From NCBI GenBank assembly GCA_008632985.1, contig QPGO01000258.1:20166-84165 (forward strand): a DNA stretch of 64,000 nt, written 5' to 3'. Each line of letters starts with the position of its first letter. Positions within the stretch are counted from its first letter, which is position 1. The notes below the pieces were generated by a model that was not told the origin of the DNA, did no database searches, and saw nothing but the letters and a program-made list of their open reading frames with translations. This document shows, one piece after another, positions 36,420-49,189 of the stretch. The stretch is from Psammoneis japonica (lineage: Eukaryota). Made by a program: the position numbers and the translations under genes.

Positions 36420-38009
36420 ATGTCTACAACGCCACCTCTGCCATCGGGAAGCTCAACAGCGAGCAACTCCGACGAATGGAGAAGCTCCGTAGAACAATCT
36501 TACAGAAACCGAGAAGTTCGTGAAATCGCCAAGATCTTAGCATCACTTGAACCCGGAGCTACCTTTGCCACCAAACTACGCTTGGCCACAGACTTTGAGA
36601 ATACCATGTTTACGACTGCGACTTCTCTTGCTGACTATCGTAAACGCATCCAGAAGCGGCTCAAGAAGCTCAAAAAAAGCTACAAGCCACCGGCAGCTAC
36701 ACCGGAAACCAGTGATAAGATTGTGCAGGAACGTTTGCTTCAGCTAAAGCAGAAATACGGGGACGCCTTGAAATTAATTGTCGAGTGCTCCCACGACGCT
36801 TTAAGATTTGTCAAAGAGAAGCACGGAGTCACCAAGGCAAAGCAGCTCAGAGATCATACCGAAAATGCAAAACAATGGGCGATAGAGTTGCGTGTGTTAT
36901 CAGACAAAAGCACAGACACAACTGCTGCGATTAGTACCACTGCGTCGGTTGAGAAATTAGCTCAGTTATTGGAGCAACGCGTTGACAATATTCGTTCTCA
37001 TGTTGTCAAGTACGCACAGCCAGATTTGTTTCTAAAGGAAACCATCGAAAAGCTCCAACCACAAATCAGTGAAGCGAAAACGAGCTCGGCTTTGTCTGAC
37101 GCAACACGAAAAGCAACAGCTGATGATCCGCTTCTCTCACAGAATGACGAGTTGTTACTTTCGACATTGCAAGAGTCCATGCAGATTGTGGCAAAACCCA
37201 TCCCGCCACCGACGCGACAGCAGCAGAGCGATAAGCTGTACATACGAAACGAGGCCTTGGCTCATTTGGACAAGTTGCGTGCTGCTTCCCAGGTGTACTT
37301 TGCGTTCTTGACTTTAAAGGACAAAAGGACCGGTGTTCCAGACAATGTTTTGACTAAATGCCATGATGTTGCAATAGCCGCAACACGTAGATTGGAGGAA
37401 ATAACTAGCGCCGCAACTACAGAAGCCAAGAACAACAACAACAACGCGGAAGATAGGAAGGTGTCGCTGGAGGACGCATGGACCAAGAAGATGGAATACC
37501 CCACCAACAATGGCGAGGACGCTGAGATTTCTGCCATTCCGTTCAGTAGTCGTGTCTTACTGACACCTGGAAGCAAACTGAAGTTTTCCAATTTGATTTC
37601 CGAGCTAAAACGCAAGGGTGCCAAGCTCGTCACGCCGGATGATCATGACGTGGATTCTGTTTCAAACAACTACTATTTGGTGCTGGAGTTTGGAAGAGCG
37701 TTTAGCATGACGATTCACTTGGTTCCACTCTTGGTTCAGATCCAGGCACTCTCCCAACAAGGTAAAGAAGAAGAGGCCGCGTTCTCTTTTTGGGGTCTTT
37801 CTTCCAAGAATCACGACGTCGGATTGAATCATGTCATCAAGCAGAAGCTAAGGTATTCTTCGACACATGCAACGGCGGTACTTCGTCGCTGCTTCGCTCA
37901 GTCCGCAGGCGTGTCAAATCGAACTGATTTTGAAGTGGAAATATCAGAAGCGACTGCCCTGTTGCAGTTTATTCAAATTGCGCAGGCGACCTATTTGCCC
38001 AAAAGATGA
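36420..38009 (+). CDS. 529-aa protein with N-terminal KIX-like domain (Mediator Med15-like)
   Basis: N-terminus DEWRSSV...RNREVREIAKIL...LATDFENTMFTTATSLADYRKRIQKRL fits the KIX_2/Med15 pattern; long intact ORF. Confidence 0.7.
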   Translation: MSTTPPLPSGSSTASNSDEWRSSVEQSYRNREVREIAKILASLEPGATFATKLRLATDFENTMFTTATSLADYRKRIQKRLKKLKKSYKPPAATPETSDKIVQERLLQLKQKYGDALKLIVECSHDALRFVKEKHGVTKAKQLRDHTENAKQWAIELRVLSDKSTDTTAAISTTASVEKLAQLLEQRVDNIRSHVVKYAQPDLFLKETIEKLQPQISEAKTSSALSDATRKATADDPLLSQNDELLLSTLQESMQIVAKPIPPPTRQQQSDKLYIRNEALAHLDKLRAASQVYFAFLTLKDKRTGVPDNVLTKCHDVAIAATRRLEEITSAATTEAKNNNNNAEDRKVSLEDAWTKKMEYPTNNGEDAEISAIPFSSRVLLTPGSKLKFSNLISELKRKGAKLVTPDDHDVDSVSNNYYLVLEFGRAFSMTIHLVPLLVQIQALSQQGKEEEAAFSFWGLSSKNHDVGLNHVIKQKLRYSSTHATAVLRRCFAQSAGVSNRTDFEVEISEATALLQFIQIAQATYLPKR

Positions 38010-38773
38010 CACGAAAGAAAGAAAGAAAGAAGAGGCGGTATACAGATGGCGGGTTGAATACTGGGAGTCCGTCCTTTACATGACCCATACCCCGCGAGCA
38101 TGTCGGATGCGAAAATGGGAGGTTTTGGTTTGCAGGTTCCGTACATTGACTGACATTACATTAAGACGAGCACTGCTTGCCGAACGAAACGACGGGCTCT
38201 ACATTTATTGGTTACACCTTCCGACAATACAAGGGCGATTTACCATAAAAAACTAGCAACAATCTCTGCATTGTGTACCACGCGGCGCAACCTAACTATT
38301 CGAAATATTCGTTCAAGAATTCGTTCGTTATCAGCAAAATATCCCCAGTCAATAGGATCCTTCAACAAATTTGAGGCGTGACGAGCCGCGGAGCAAGCAC
38401 GAAAATCTGCAGGCTACTTTTTGACATTCAACCTTTACAAAGTTCATTCGAATCGGAATAGCTCTAAAGTAGATAATATTCATTGTTGATAAATCCAACC
38501 ATCAGTCTCAGCCTCTGAATGTATTCCCCTTTCTCTCAATGTAGCACTTGCATGGTATGTTCCGCCATCCTTTGCATGGCAGAATTACCGCGATCGGCCT
38601 CTGCCTTAGTACGTTGCTGAGCACGTATTTCTATCAATACAGATACGGCATGACGACCCAGCCTGAGATAAACGCGGATGTACAGTTTCTAGTGAACTAA
38701 AAAGAGAAAAGTAGCTCCCATGCTTTCTTAGAATAGACAACATAATAAAGCGACTTTACGCTCCAGGAAGAAA

Positions 38774-39676
38774 TCAATCAGATCGATTTTTATTCCTTCT
38801 CGCATCCTCTGGCTGAACCATATCCGGCTTCTCACGAATCAAAGAGTAAACAAGGCCAACTCTGGACATGTCAGTACTCCTGTTCCCCACTGTGGCCAAC
38901 ACATGGGCCCAGAGCGCTGGCTGAATGTTGTCGTGCGACAAAAGTTGTCGCCCATGCGCTTCCATCAAGGCAGAGGTGACAACGTGGTTACCACGTGAGA
39001 TGGATATGTCCAATGGTGTGCCACCATCCTCGCCCTGGGCGTTCAAATTAGCGCCATTCTGCAGAAGCAACCGGCAAACATCATCATGTCCCCTATCCGC
39101 GGCAATGTGAAGAGCTGTGAAACCGTTGTCGCCAGCCTTTGAATTCACGTCAACTCCATTCTGCAGAAGCAACCGGCAAACATCATCATGTCCTCTATAC
39201 ACGGCAATGTGAAGAGCTGTGCCACCTTCTCCAATCTTTGAATTCACGTCAGCGCCATTCCGTAGAAGCACCAGACAGACATCACCATGTCCTTGAATCG
39301 CGGCAGCGTGAAGAGCTGTCCAACCCCCGCATCTTTCATCGACTGCCGCACCATGTGACACGAGGATTCGAGCCGTGGATGCACGCCCACACACGCATGC
39401 TAGGAACAAGGGGGTCCAACCAGATTCTCCGTCTCGATATGTCAAGCGCGCCCCAGCATCCAGCAAGAGTTGCACTTTTGCGTCGCGATTGCTTATCGGT
39501 TGACAATTAACAACCGCATAAAGGATGCCCAAGGGCCGCTGAACACCATCACTACAAGGAAAAGTCACAATGCTGTTCGGATCGGCGCCGTTTTGAAGTG
39601 CACGACGAAGGCCTTCCGTAGTGTCTTCCTCAATCAACAGAGGCCGCCAAAACAAATAACTCGGATCCATGTCCAT
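38774..39676 (-). CDS. Ankyrin-repeat protein, paralogue 1 (~300 aa)
   Basis: Repeated TALH.AA..GH.DVC.LLL.NGADVN; start placed at MDMDPSY by comparison with paralogue 2. Confidence 0.9.
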   Translation of the reverse strand: MDMDPSYLFWRPLLIEEDTTEGLRRALQNGADPNSIVTFPCSDGVQRPLGILYAVVNCQPISNRDAKVQLLLDAGARLTYRDGESGWTPLFLACVCGRASTARILVSHGAAVDERCGGWTALHAAAIQGHGDVCLVLLRNGADVNSKIGEGGTALHIAVYRGHDDVCRLLLQNGVDVNSKAGDNGFTALHIAADRGHDDVCRLLLQNGANLNAQGEDGGTPLDISISRGNHVVTSALMEAHGRQLLSHDNIQPALWAHVLATVGNRSTDMSRVGLVYSLIREKPDMVQPEDARRNKNRSD

Positions 39677-41213
39677 GTCTAACAGAGATGATGATTCGTT
39701 CTTAGCGGTGAAAATGAAATCATTGAAAGGAACTGCGCGTCCAGTGTCGTCAACACAAACGGTCAAAAAATTTGAAAATTCTCAACCGTGTACTGACCGT
39801 CGTCCGGTGATTTCAGATTTGTCCAGCGGCACAGTCAAAACGACGCACCACGCACCACCATGGCGTGTGAGGTGTGAGACGTAGTGCTCTACCACTCCGT
39901 AACTATAACGATCTGATACCCGAAACTAGGAGCTCATGTAACTCTGCGGATCGCCTCGAATGACCGTCGAAGCGGCATCGAAAAAAATCTCGTTGGTTCT
40001 GCGCTTGTTTGAGACAACAATACTGACAACAATGCATTGTAGTACACGAAAAGAGCTCCTTGTTGTACGTATCAGATATCAGAAGGCGACCACGATGTAC
40101 AAGGATCTGGGGATTGGAGCGGCTCTATTTTCCAGTCACCGGTGGACCAGTGGCCATGATTTTCTCGCTCTACGTGTGTAATAGCTTTATCCACCATGCT
40201 ATTCTCAATTCTGCCTAGATTGATGCTGCTATCAACTGCTGTAATCTTTTTCTGACGTGCAACATACTGTGATCTTCCATCATTCATAAGATGGCAGCAC
40301 AGCGAAACTTGCGACTCGTCGAAATAGGTAGGGTATTCAAAAGCAATCCCTGCAGCCTTCGAAATACGTCTCGAACCCGGTTACTTTTGTGAACCTTAGA
40401 ACCTTGGGAAGTGCATTAAGGGCAAGGACGACAACGATGGGTGCAATAGAGTGAAAACTGTTCCCGTGCCAGAGTTTTCCAGTATCGTTGTGCGAGGAAT
40501 GCCTTCCTGCCCGAGCACCAGGAGCTCGAATCATTGGCCGCTGCGAACGCTTCGAGAAGCTCGGTTTCGTTAGCAATCACTTTGCTTACATCGTTTGTTC
40601 GCACAGAGCAAGGAATACTACAAAAGGAATTCAATTGGACACCGCAAATTGACGAGCCGCAACCTTGTCCACCGGCGTTGGACTTACCGTATCACCCTTC
40701 CCCGGCTCCTTGATTCGAAAAGTGACCAAGTACGCCGAACTAAAGAATGATACTCCGTCTCCTCCAAAGCAGAAACAAGCGACAGCCCCAGCTCATTTTC
40801 CTTCCTATTTGCACCATGCGGAGAACGGTGAAAAAATGGGCTAAAACACCGAACTAACGGAAGTCACCTTCGCAGCAGCCATACCCGCCAAATTGCAGCG
40901 TACAGAAAATCCCGAGGTAATCGAAAATTCAGGATTGTCCCGAAGTTTCGGAGATGGAAAGCAGCACGTCTCCTCTACCCCCAAAGCTCAATCGGTGGCG
41001 ACTAATGTGATCCATAACAGTCCCGTCAACTAATATGTACGTTGCATCAGCCAAGAGTTGGCAACAGCTCATGTCGACCAGAGAACGTAAGCTTGATTTG
41101 GCTCGTGATAGAAACGAAACAAGCTGACCGGACCGTAACCGTAACGCGGAATTGCTACGTTTCTCTCGATGATTTACGCCCTGTGAGACGGCTATGAATG
41201 GAAAGAAAGCAGC

Positions 41214-41400
41214 TTGTGGCTTTCATCAGAGCCAGAATGTAATTGGTTCAGTGTTTCGTGTATACTTTCGGTGTTGACCGAGCTCATCCTGCCAGATAAA
41301 GAACTCCATGGCGTCATCCCGGCCGAAATCGGTCTTTTAACAGGCACGTGTGCCATGGGTTTCTCCAATTACCTTCCCGAAGGAACTATACCAGAAGGTG
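41214..41400 (+). pseudogene. Fragment of LRR receptor-like gene (LRR N-cap plus first LRR); further weak fragments to ~43490
   Basis: WLSSEPECNWFSVSC...LTELILPDKELHGVIPAEIGLLT is typical of a plant-type LRRNT cap plus LxGxIPxEIGxL; no intact long ORF. Confidence 0.6.
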
Positions 41401-44224
41401 AGGCCAATGAGGACGTTCTTGTTATTTTTGCACTCTTTTGGGGTTTTGATCGTCCACTGCTGTGGCTCTGAGTTGTTCGCGGGCTGCTTCTGTTATTTCC
41501 TCGTGTATTTATTCATCATTTCTTGACATTTTCTTCTACTTGTTCCTCTCCTCATCCTGTCGCCCTTCCCCGTTTTTTTCTTTTTCGTTGGGGAGAACGC
41601 CTTGTCGCCGGACTGAAAGAGCCCACTTGGAAGTCCGCCCTTTCAAATGCATCCCACTCAGAATACTTCCAGGACCTAGCAATGTTTCTTGAAAGCGAAA
41701 GAATTGTATGCACAAACTAGTGACGAAACGAATCATCGATGGGTCTACAGTCTCATTCAAGGCATCATTCTTGGCAACAGAGATTCTTCTTGCCGGCCAC
41801 AACGTTACTTTGGTATGCCGAGAGGCCACAGCGGCGCTCTTCAGTGAGGGAGGTTCGTTCGTTCGTTCGTTCGCAATCTTACACGCTCGGGTGAGGTGAT
41901 TGTACTACATTTAAACGACTTGGATGGAGCACTCCAGGTCCGAGCTCCCAAAGATCCTCAGTACCGTACACAAGATTCTTCAAGCCAGCAGCTGGCTGGA
42001 GACTGCTCTTGCTGTTGCTTGGCTTGGGTGTTTATTGCTGTTTCTGACTAGAGATACGGTACTTTACCCTACAACAACTGTACTTGTAAAGTGTGAGTTG
42101 AAAGGAATTCATTAGGCCGGTATATTGTTTTCGGCAACGGAATCTACTCCCTACGATACCTTGAATTGTTTTCTTCAAAAGAACTCAACTCTTCAAGCGT
42201 AATCCATCGCTTGTTCCCCGGTGAATCAGCTCAGTACCGGTATGGAGGAACGGACGGGTTTGCAATCAAGATTCGCGACCTTGCGTTTCAAAGCTTTGCC
42301 AGTCTAAAGGAATTTGGTAAGATTGCCACACCCCGTAATTCATCGCTGTCGATCTATGATCATTGTTGACGCTTACTTTCTCACCAAGAGTATACTTTTA
42401 CTTGGCCAATACATTAGACATTCTCAATCTTAGTGATGACGGTCGTGTCATTTTCAATAGCCACGTTGTCGGCACTTGCACGAGCACCGGAAATAGCATT
42501 ACGTGTCCGCATCCTCTCAGAGCATCTATATCCATCGATCTTTCGTACCCAAGGATGAATCTGCCGGGCCATTGCAACACCAGCTTTATCACGACATGAC
42601 AAAGGCTGCCACCCGATTCGCGAGCAATGCTCGGATGTTCCGGCATCGGAGGTGGACATGAACGACTTTTCGGTGGACTTTGAAGAGCGTCGGTTGCGTG
42701 ATAAGGCTCTGTTTGACGCCTACGACCACCACAAGGGATCATCTAAAGACACCGCGGGTTCGGAGAAGCCCATACCAAGGTCTCTTAGATGCTGCAGCAC
42801 GGTCGGCCATTGCTGAAGAGTCAGAATCTTCTTATGCGGTCAAACGGCTTATTCTTGGAGGCGATTTGATTCCAAGCAAGTGGCCGCCGGAAAAGCGAGC
42901 AGTTACCGAAAGAAACTGTGACATTTGGCAATGTCCCGCATGAGGTGCTGCCTACTGCCTCCCCTGGCTCCAATCGAGGGCGACTACAGGCTGTTTATTT
43001 CCGTACCCCGGACGTGGGATATGGGTAATGGATCTTCGGCCGCGGAGGCAAAGGAGCTTGCCCCACAGTGGTGTTGCAACCCTGCCTTCTTGAAGAATAT
43101 GAATAAGCACTTAACGAGAGCGCAATGTAATTGGCGATGTCCAGTTACCTCCCAGGACCTGGCAGGCGGGATAAGTTTTTGAGGTAATGAGGGACGTGCT
43201 TGAGAGCAACATTGCTGGGAAATGCTGCCTGATTGGATCGATCTCGTACTTGGAAGGAGATCGCGATCGGTGAGATCTTGTGTTGCCGGCTTTTGTTAGC
43301 TCTCAATGTATATTGTTCGTTTGTGTACCTGTTACAACAGGAACTAGCAAGGTCCAGAAGCGATCAAGGCTATATCGTGCTTTTATTGAGGATAAGTCTT
43401 TACGTACCGCTACAGAGTTACAGATTGTCCACTTTTGGTAGTGTCCAATGCAGCTCTTCCGCAGAAATCACGTGCGACGCGTGCAGCGATGGAGAAATTA
43501 TACCAGAGGCTCACTTTCTACCAGATGTTGAGCGCATATATACGCAGGGAGCTGGGCCCAGCACTGGTGTAAAAGAAAGCAACGAGGACGAGGAGGAGAC
43601 GCGTCACTAAGAAGTATGGAATGCAAAGAATTATTTTGCAAGCCCATGTTTCTCCCGTTAAGGAGTGTAGGGCCCTACAACCAAAATGTCGTTGTTCTCG
43701 ACAACGGCAGCATCCTGTGTCAAGAAGAACTGTTCCGGGCCGTGCATTCTGATGATTGTTGGAGCAAGCCTGCAATCTACTGTCTCGCAGATACGGGTAG
43801 CAGCTACCCACCAAGGACATCTACCTAAAAACCGAGAGCTACTTTCTATTGTTGTCTTTGTCAAAAAGGGATTTGTAGGATTGTTGTGCTTCAAGACGTC
43901 GAGTGGATTGAGCAATTAGCGCACATCTATCAAGATAGAACTTTGCAAATAGTGTTCTTATAAAAGGAATACTTTTCTCCCAATGTAGCACTTGCATGGC
44001 ATGTTCCGCCTTCCGTTGCATGGCAGGATTGCCGTATTCGGCCTCTGCCTTAGTACGTTGCTGAGCACGTATTTCTATCAACATACAGATACAGTACGGC
44101 ATGACGACCCAGCCTGAGGCAACAGCGGATGTACAGTTTCTAGTGAACTAGAAAAAGAAAGTTAGCTCCCATGCTTTCTTAGAATAGAAAATATAATAAA
44201 GCGACTTTACATTCCAGGAAGAAA

Positions 44225-45130
44225 TCAATCAGATCGATTTCTCTTCCTTCTCACATCCCCTGGCTGAACCAGATCCGGTTTCTCACTAATCAAAGAGTAA
44301 ACAAGGCCCACTCTGGACATGTCAGTACTCCTGTTCCCCACTTTGGCCAACACATGGGCCCAGAGCGCTGGCTGAATGTTATCGTGCGACAATAGTTGTC
44401 GCCCATGCGCTTCCATCAAGGCAGAGGTGACAACGTGGTTACCACGTGAGATGGATATGTCCAATGGTGTGTCACCATTCTCGCGCTGGGCGTTCAAATT
44501 AGCGCCGTGCTCCAACAGGGCTCTTACGCATGCGCTACGCGCCTCGCCTGCGGCAAGATGAAGAGCTGTGTAACCATAATCAGTTGTTTTTGAATCCACG
44601 TCAGCGCCATTCTGTAGAAGCAACCGGCAAACATCGTCATGTCCTTCAGACGCGGCAATATGAAGAGCTGTGTAACCGTCTCCAATCTTTAAATCCACGT
44701 CAGCGCCATTCTGTAGAAGTAGCAGGCAGACATCACCGTGTCCTTCAGACGCGGCAGTGTAAAGAGCTGTGTAATCCCCGCATCTTTCATCGACTGCCGC
44801 ACCATGTGACACGAGGATTCGAGCCGTGGATGCACGCCCACACACGCATGCTAGGAACAAGGGGGTCAAACCATAGTCTCCGTCTCGATAATCTGTCAAG
44901 CGCGCCCCAGCATCCAGCAAGAGTTGCACTTTTGCGTCGCGATCGGTTATCCAATGATATTGAACAACCGCATAAAGGATGCCCAAGGGCCGCTGAACAC
45001 CATCAAAACCAGGAAAAGTCACAATGCTGTTCGGATCGGTGCCGGTTTGAAGTGCACGACGAAGGTCTTCCGTAGTGTCTTCCTCAAACAACAGAGGCCG
45101 CCAAAACAAATAACTCGGATCCATGTCCAT
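44225..45130 (-). CDS. Ankyrin-repeat protein, paralogue 2 (301 aa)
   Basis: Same architecture as 38774-39676; identity extends ~250 bp into the 3' flank (38530-38773 vs 43975-44224). Confidence 0.9.
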   Translation of the reverse strand: MDMDPSYLFWRPLLFEEDTTEDLRRALQTGTDPNSIVTFPGFDGVQRPLGILYAVVQYHWITDRDAKVQLLLDAGARLTDYRDGDYGLTPLFLACVCGRASTARILVSHGAAVDERCGDYTALYTAASEGHGDVCLLLLQNGADVDLKIGDGYTALHIAASEGHDDVCRLLLQNGADVDSKTTDYGYTALHLAAGEARSACVRALLEHGANLNAQRENGDTPLDISISRGNHVVTSALMEAHGRQLLSHDNIQPALWAHVLAKVGNRSTDMSRVGLVYSLISEKPDLVQPGDVRRKRNRSD

Positions 45131-45894
45131 GTCTAACAGAGATGATGATTCGTAGCGGTGAAAATGAAATCATTGAACGGGAACCGCGCCGCACCATCGT
45201 CAACGGCAAGCACTGCCGTGCGCTCAGCGCGCAGCTGCGCCCACGTCAGCAAGCGACTCAACCGTGGCGACGATCGGCCGTTTCTCAAGAAGAAGAAGAA
45301 CGAGTCAGTCACCATGGCTCATTTTCAATTGTGCTGTGGTCACTGCAATGAGGTGGCTCTCATGCTGGTTTCAAGAGCTCCAACAAAGTGCAGTCTGGAG
45401 TGTGCGAGAAAAACAAGGTCCAAGAGTCAGGCCGGTGTCTTGGCTGTCATTTGCACATTGCACACACCGCACAAACACGCGCAGCTCAGCAACAATTTCT
45501 CAAACCCATGCAAATGTGGGCAGGGAAATGGGGGATGGGGGAAAGGTCAAGCTGCACTGCAGCTCATCCTTTGAAAAGAGCAGAAGCCTCTGCTGAACAT
45601 TGATGTGTGCGTGGTGCACAAAGCCCCTCATTGTCGCTTTCTTTTTGTGAACAGTGGCTGCTGTCCACAGCAAGCAACTCATTTGTTGCCATGCAGGAAA
45701 CAAATGGACTGGCTCCATTCTGGGATTCTGTTTCCATGTTCAAGTTGAAACTGTTGACATTCATGCACTCAAGCTGCAAAATTGGCCTCGCGCACATTTC
45801 TTTCCCCACGTTGTTTCTGGGAGGAGCAAATGACAACTCTGGGCAGCAGTTGGAGGCATTTCTGCAGATGTGTGAACGGCACACCACCATGTGG

Positions 45895-46490
45895 TCAGCA
45901 CCACCTGGGTGTGGAGCTGGTGGCAGTTGGAGCCTTCACATGGCTTTTTGCAGAGCCGGTGGTGTGTGGAGCCTTTGTGCTGCCAGCGCTGGTGGCGGCC
46001 GGTTTGAGCCTCTGCAGCACTGCTGGACATGGAGCTGGCAGCCTTTGCACACCACTGAGCATGGAGCTGGTGGCAGTTGGAGCCTTTTGCTGTGGAGCTG
46101 GTGGTGTGCAGGGCCTTTTTGCTGGCACTTGTGGTGGTTTTAGCCTTCACACTGCTGGGCACAGAGCTGGTGGCTTTGGAGCCTTTGCACCACTGGGCAT
46201 GGAGCACAGAGTTGGCGCTGTGGCAGTTGGAGCCTTGTTTGTGCCATTGGGAGCAGAGCTGGTGGCAGCTGGAGCCTTTTCACTGCTGGCGCTGGCAGTG
46301 GTTGGATTTTTTGCACTGATGCTGATGCTGGCAGTGGCTGCAGCCTCTGGATTGCTGGCACTTGCTGTGTGGCTGGTTGAGGCCTTTGTGTGCTGCTGAC
46401 ACTGGCGGTGGTTGGAGCCTTTGTGCTGCTGCTGGATGCAGAGCTGGTGGTGGTTGGAGCCTTTCTGTTGCTGGGTGGAGCTTTTGAGCA
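45895..46490. repeat. Degenerate minisatellite (GAGCTGGTGGCAGTTGGAGCCTT; KAPTATSS-like on minus strand)
   Basis: Motif recurs many times with variable spacing. Confidence 0.8.
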
Positions 46491-48425
46491 GCAATTTGGC
46501 TGCAAATTGCAGGTTGCTGTCATGCACACATTTCCCTTCTGCAGACATTCTGATGGCAAACACGTGCTCACAGGACATTGTTCTTGCACCTGCTGGAAAT
46601 GATGCTGCAGTGAACACAAAACAGGAAAGCAGCTGCAAACTGTTGTGCAATTGTCCCATTTTGTGTTTCTTCATGCTGGGACAATGGATCTTCCCAACCT
46701 CCCAAAATTTGCACTTGTGCCCAAAATGCAACTCTCTCCAACATCTGGACCCTCAACCCACAGTGCTCACCTGTCCCTGCACCTGCTTGCCAGCACTGCT
46801 GATTGCACTTAGAAGGTTCATCATGCCAGTGCCAGCTCTGACAACATTTTTGAAATTTCCACACCATCCAGCCTCCCACTGTGACCAACACCCTGATGAA
46901 ACCTGGCAGGCATGCACCCCAAGTCATGGAAGGCTAAAAAAAGATTTTTTTGCAGACTTTGCATGTTTCAGGTGCAGCTGCAATCCAATGCTGAACTCAG
47001 CTTGGCTCTCAATTTGGCCACAATTCTGTCAATTGACCAGAAGCAATGTCAAAATGAAGTGCAAGGAGGGGTGTTGCTTGTGTTGTTTCTTCTTTTTGCC
47101 TTGGTGGTGCTTGCTTCCACATGATGTGTGTCATGGAACAATGAAGTTAAAAAAACTCATGGGAAAGTCAATGCAGAGCAAGTGTGTTCTTCAAGTGGCT
47201 GTGCACTGTGCCACTTCCATGCTCTTGCCATCTTGCACACATGCAAATGGACAGAGTCATTGTGTTTGGTGTGATCTGGGATCTTCAAGATGAAAAAATG
47301 TGCTGACTGTGGTTCGTGATTGGAGCAACAAAGGAGGACACATGGAAAAGCCGAGAGAGCAGAAGTGACAACATGGCAAATCCTGGTCAAAAAGAGGCCA
47401 CAATGCAGCAAAACTTGGTGTGTCTCTGTCAAATGTGGGCCTTGGCAAAGCAGGCTTCCCTTGCAGCTAGAAACTCTGGGGCAACATGCACAAACTGTCT
47501 GATGTCAATGGCCGGCTTGCTTCAGCCAACTGGGCAGGATTCCGTGTGAGATGCTGGTGAGCGCAGCATGGAGTTCTGCATGTGAGCACATCCTTGAGAG
47601 CACAGAGTTGGGAAATTCAGCTGCTGCTTGGCAAAACAAATCTCTTGCCACCTTGCCAGCACAACACTTTCTTGTTGACATGTTGGCTCTTGGAAATGGC
47701 TGAACTCTGTTGTGCACAGGGAAGATGTGGTGACAACAGCACAGTGTGGAGGTGACAAAGGTGGGGTGCTGGATGACTTCTTGAACTTTGCCAATCTCCT
47801 GAATGAAGTCACCACCAAGCCACAAGCTTGGTGTCACATTGAGGTTAACAGCCTCTCTGGGGATCTTTTGCAAAAGCTCGGTTTCCAATCAGGAGAGCTT
47901 GGGTGCCCAAGAAAAGAATGTCCCTGCATTGTTTGTTGAAGCGACATGGCCAATTCAACCAAATCCTTCCAATTGCACCCGCCCCAACTTCGAGTGTCTG
48001 ATCAGCTTTTTTTTCTTTTTTTTTTTCATTCAGAGGAGAAGCAGCCACGCTCAGTCTCACAAACAAATTGTCTTGCGACCATGCCATGAGAGAAACACTC
48101 AAATGGTGGATGCTTTTCAGAAGCATTCTTGACAAAAGAGAAGCTGCAATGGCAAGTCCAGTGCCTCTTGCTTGTTGAGGCCCAGCAACAACAACTGGCA
48201 GGGACGACATCACGTGAAACGATCAACTCCCGAATGAAATGCATGCACGTCAGATCTCACAATGATGATGATTGTTCATGATGGCCTCACTTCAGTCTTC
48301 GCATGAGCTCACTCTCTGCTCTGCTCTTGGCAGCTGCTCTCCAGCTCAGTCTGCCAGGTGCACTGTGCCGCATCTCTCCATCTCCAATTCGCGTGTCTCG
48401 CTTGATCCTCTCTGCTGTCTGTGTG

Positions 48426-48720
48426 ATGATTCGCTCTTTGCTCATGTCAGTCACTGTTGCCCTTTTTGGCTTGGCCCATGCTGGGACGAATCCTGAGGGA
48501 CTGAAGTTTCCAGCCGCCAAGACACAGGAGGACGGGGTTGTGGAGTTTCCGTCAGGCCTTCTCTGCAAGGAACTTCGTGCTGGAACCGGTCCGTCGCCGA
48601 AGATTGACACGCCGTGCTTTTGCCACTGTGCAGGAACTTTGATCAATGGCACTGAATTTGACAGCTCTTACAAACGCGGGGAGCCGCTCACTTTTGCTCT
48701 GGAAAATGGGAGCTTTGCAT
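48426..48720 (+). pseudogene. FKBP-type peptidyl-prolyl isomerase, truncated and decayed
   Basis: Signal-peptide-like start, then GTNPEGLKF...GVVEFPSGLLCKELRAGTG..P...TPC.CHCAGTLINGTEFDSSYKRGEPLTFA; conserved Tyr replaced by Cys; C-terminal half absent. Confidence 0.85.
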
Positions 48721-49189
48721 CCCTTCTGAGTCAGGTTGCGGCGACCGTGGCGCTGGGGGGCAGATCCCAGGTGGTGCTGTTCTCGTCTTCACCTTAGAGC
48801 TTCTCAAAGTGACGCAAGACGGACAAGCGGAGTTCTAGAATGCCTCTTGCACCTGCGCGGCCCGCTCAAAACTTGGGTTTGCAGACCACTGCCGGCAGCG
48901 CTGTGCTCTAGAGAGAGGAAGGTCCTGCAGGGCTGTTTCGTCATTTGCACTGTCAGATTCATCAGCCATCAATTTTCGTCTTGTCCAATTGCAAGTCAAC
49001 ATTGCCGCTCTTCCATTGCGAAACTCATGTCTGCCACATTTCGCCCACCCGCATGTGCTTGTCTGCCAAGTGCCTCCAGGTGGTCATTTCCTGGTGCGTC
49101 AGCAACAATGCCCTGAGGGAAGCTGCCATCTCCAAAGCCATGTTGATGTCCAACCTGACAAAATTGCACATGTTGTCACACTCACCCAA

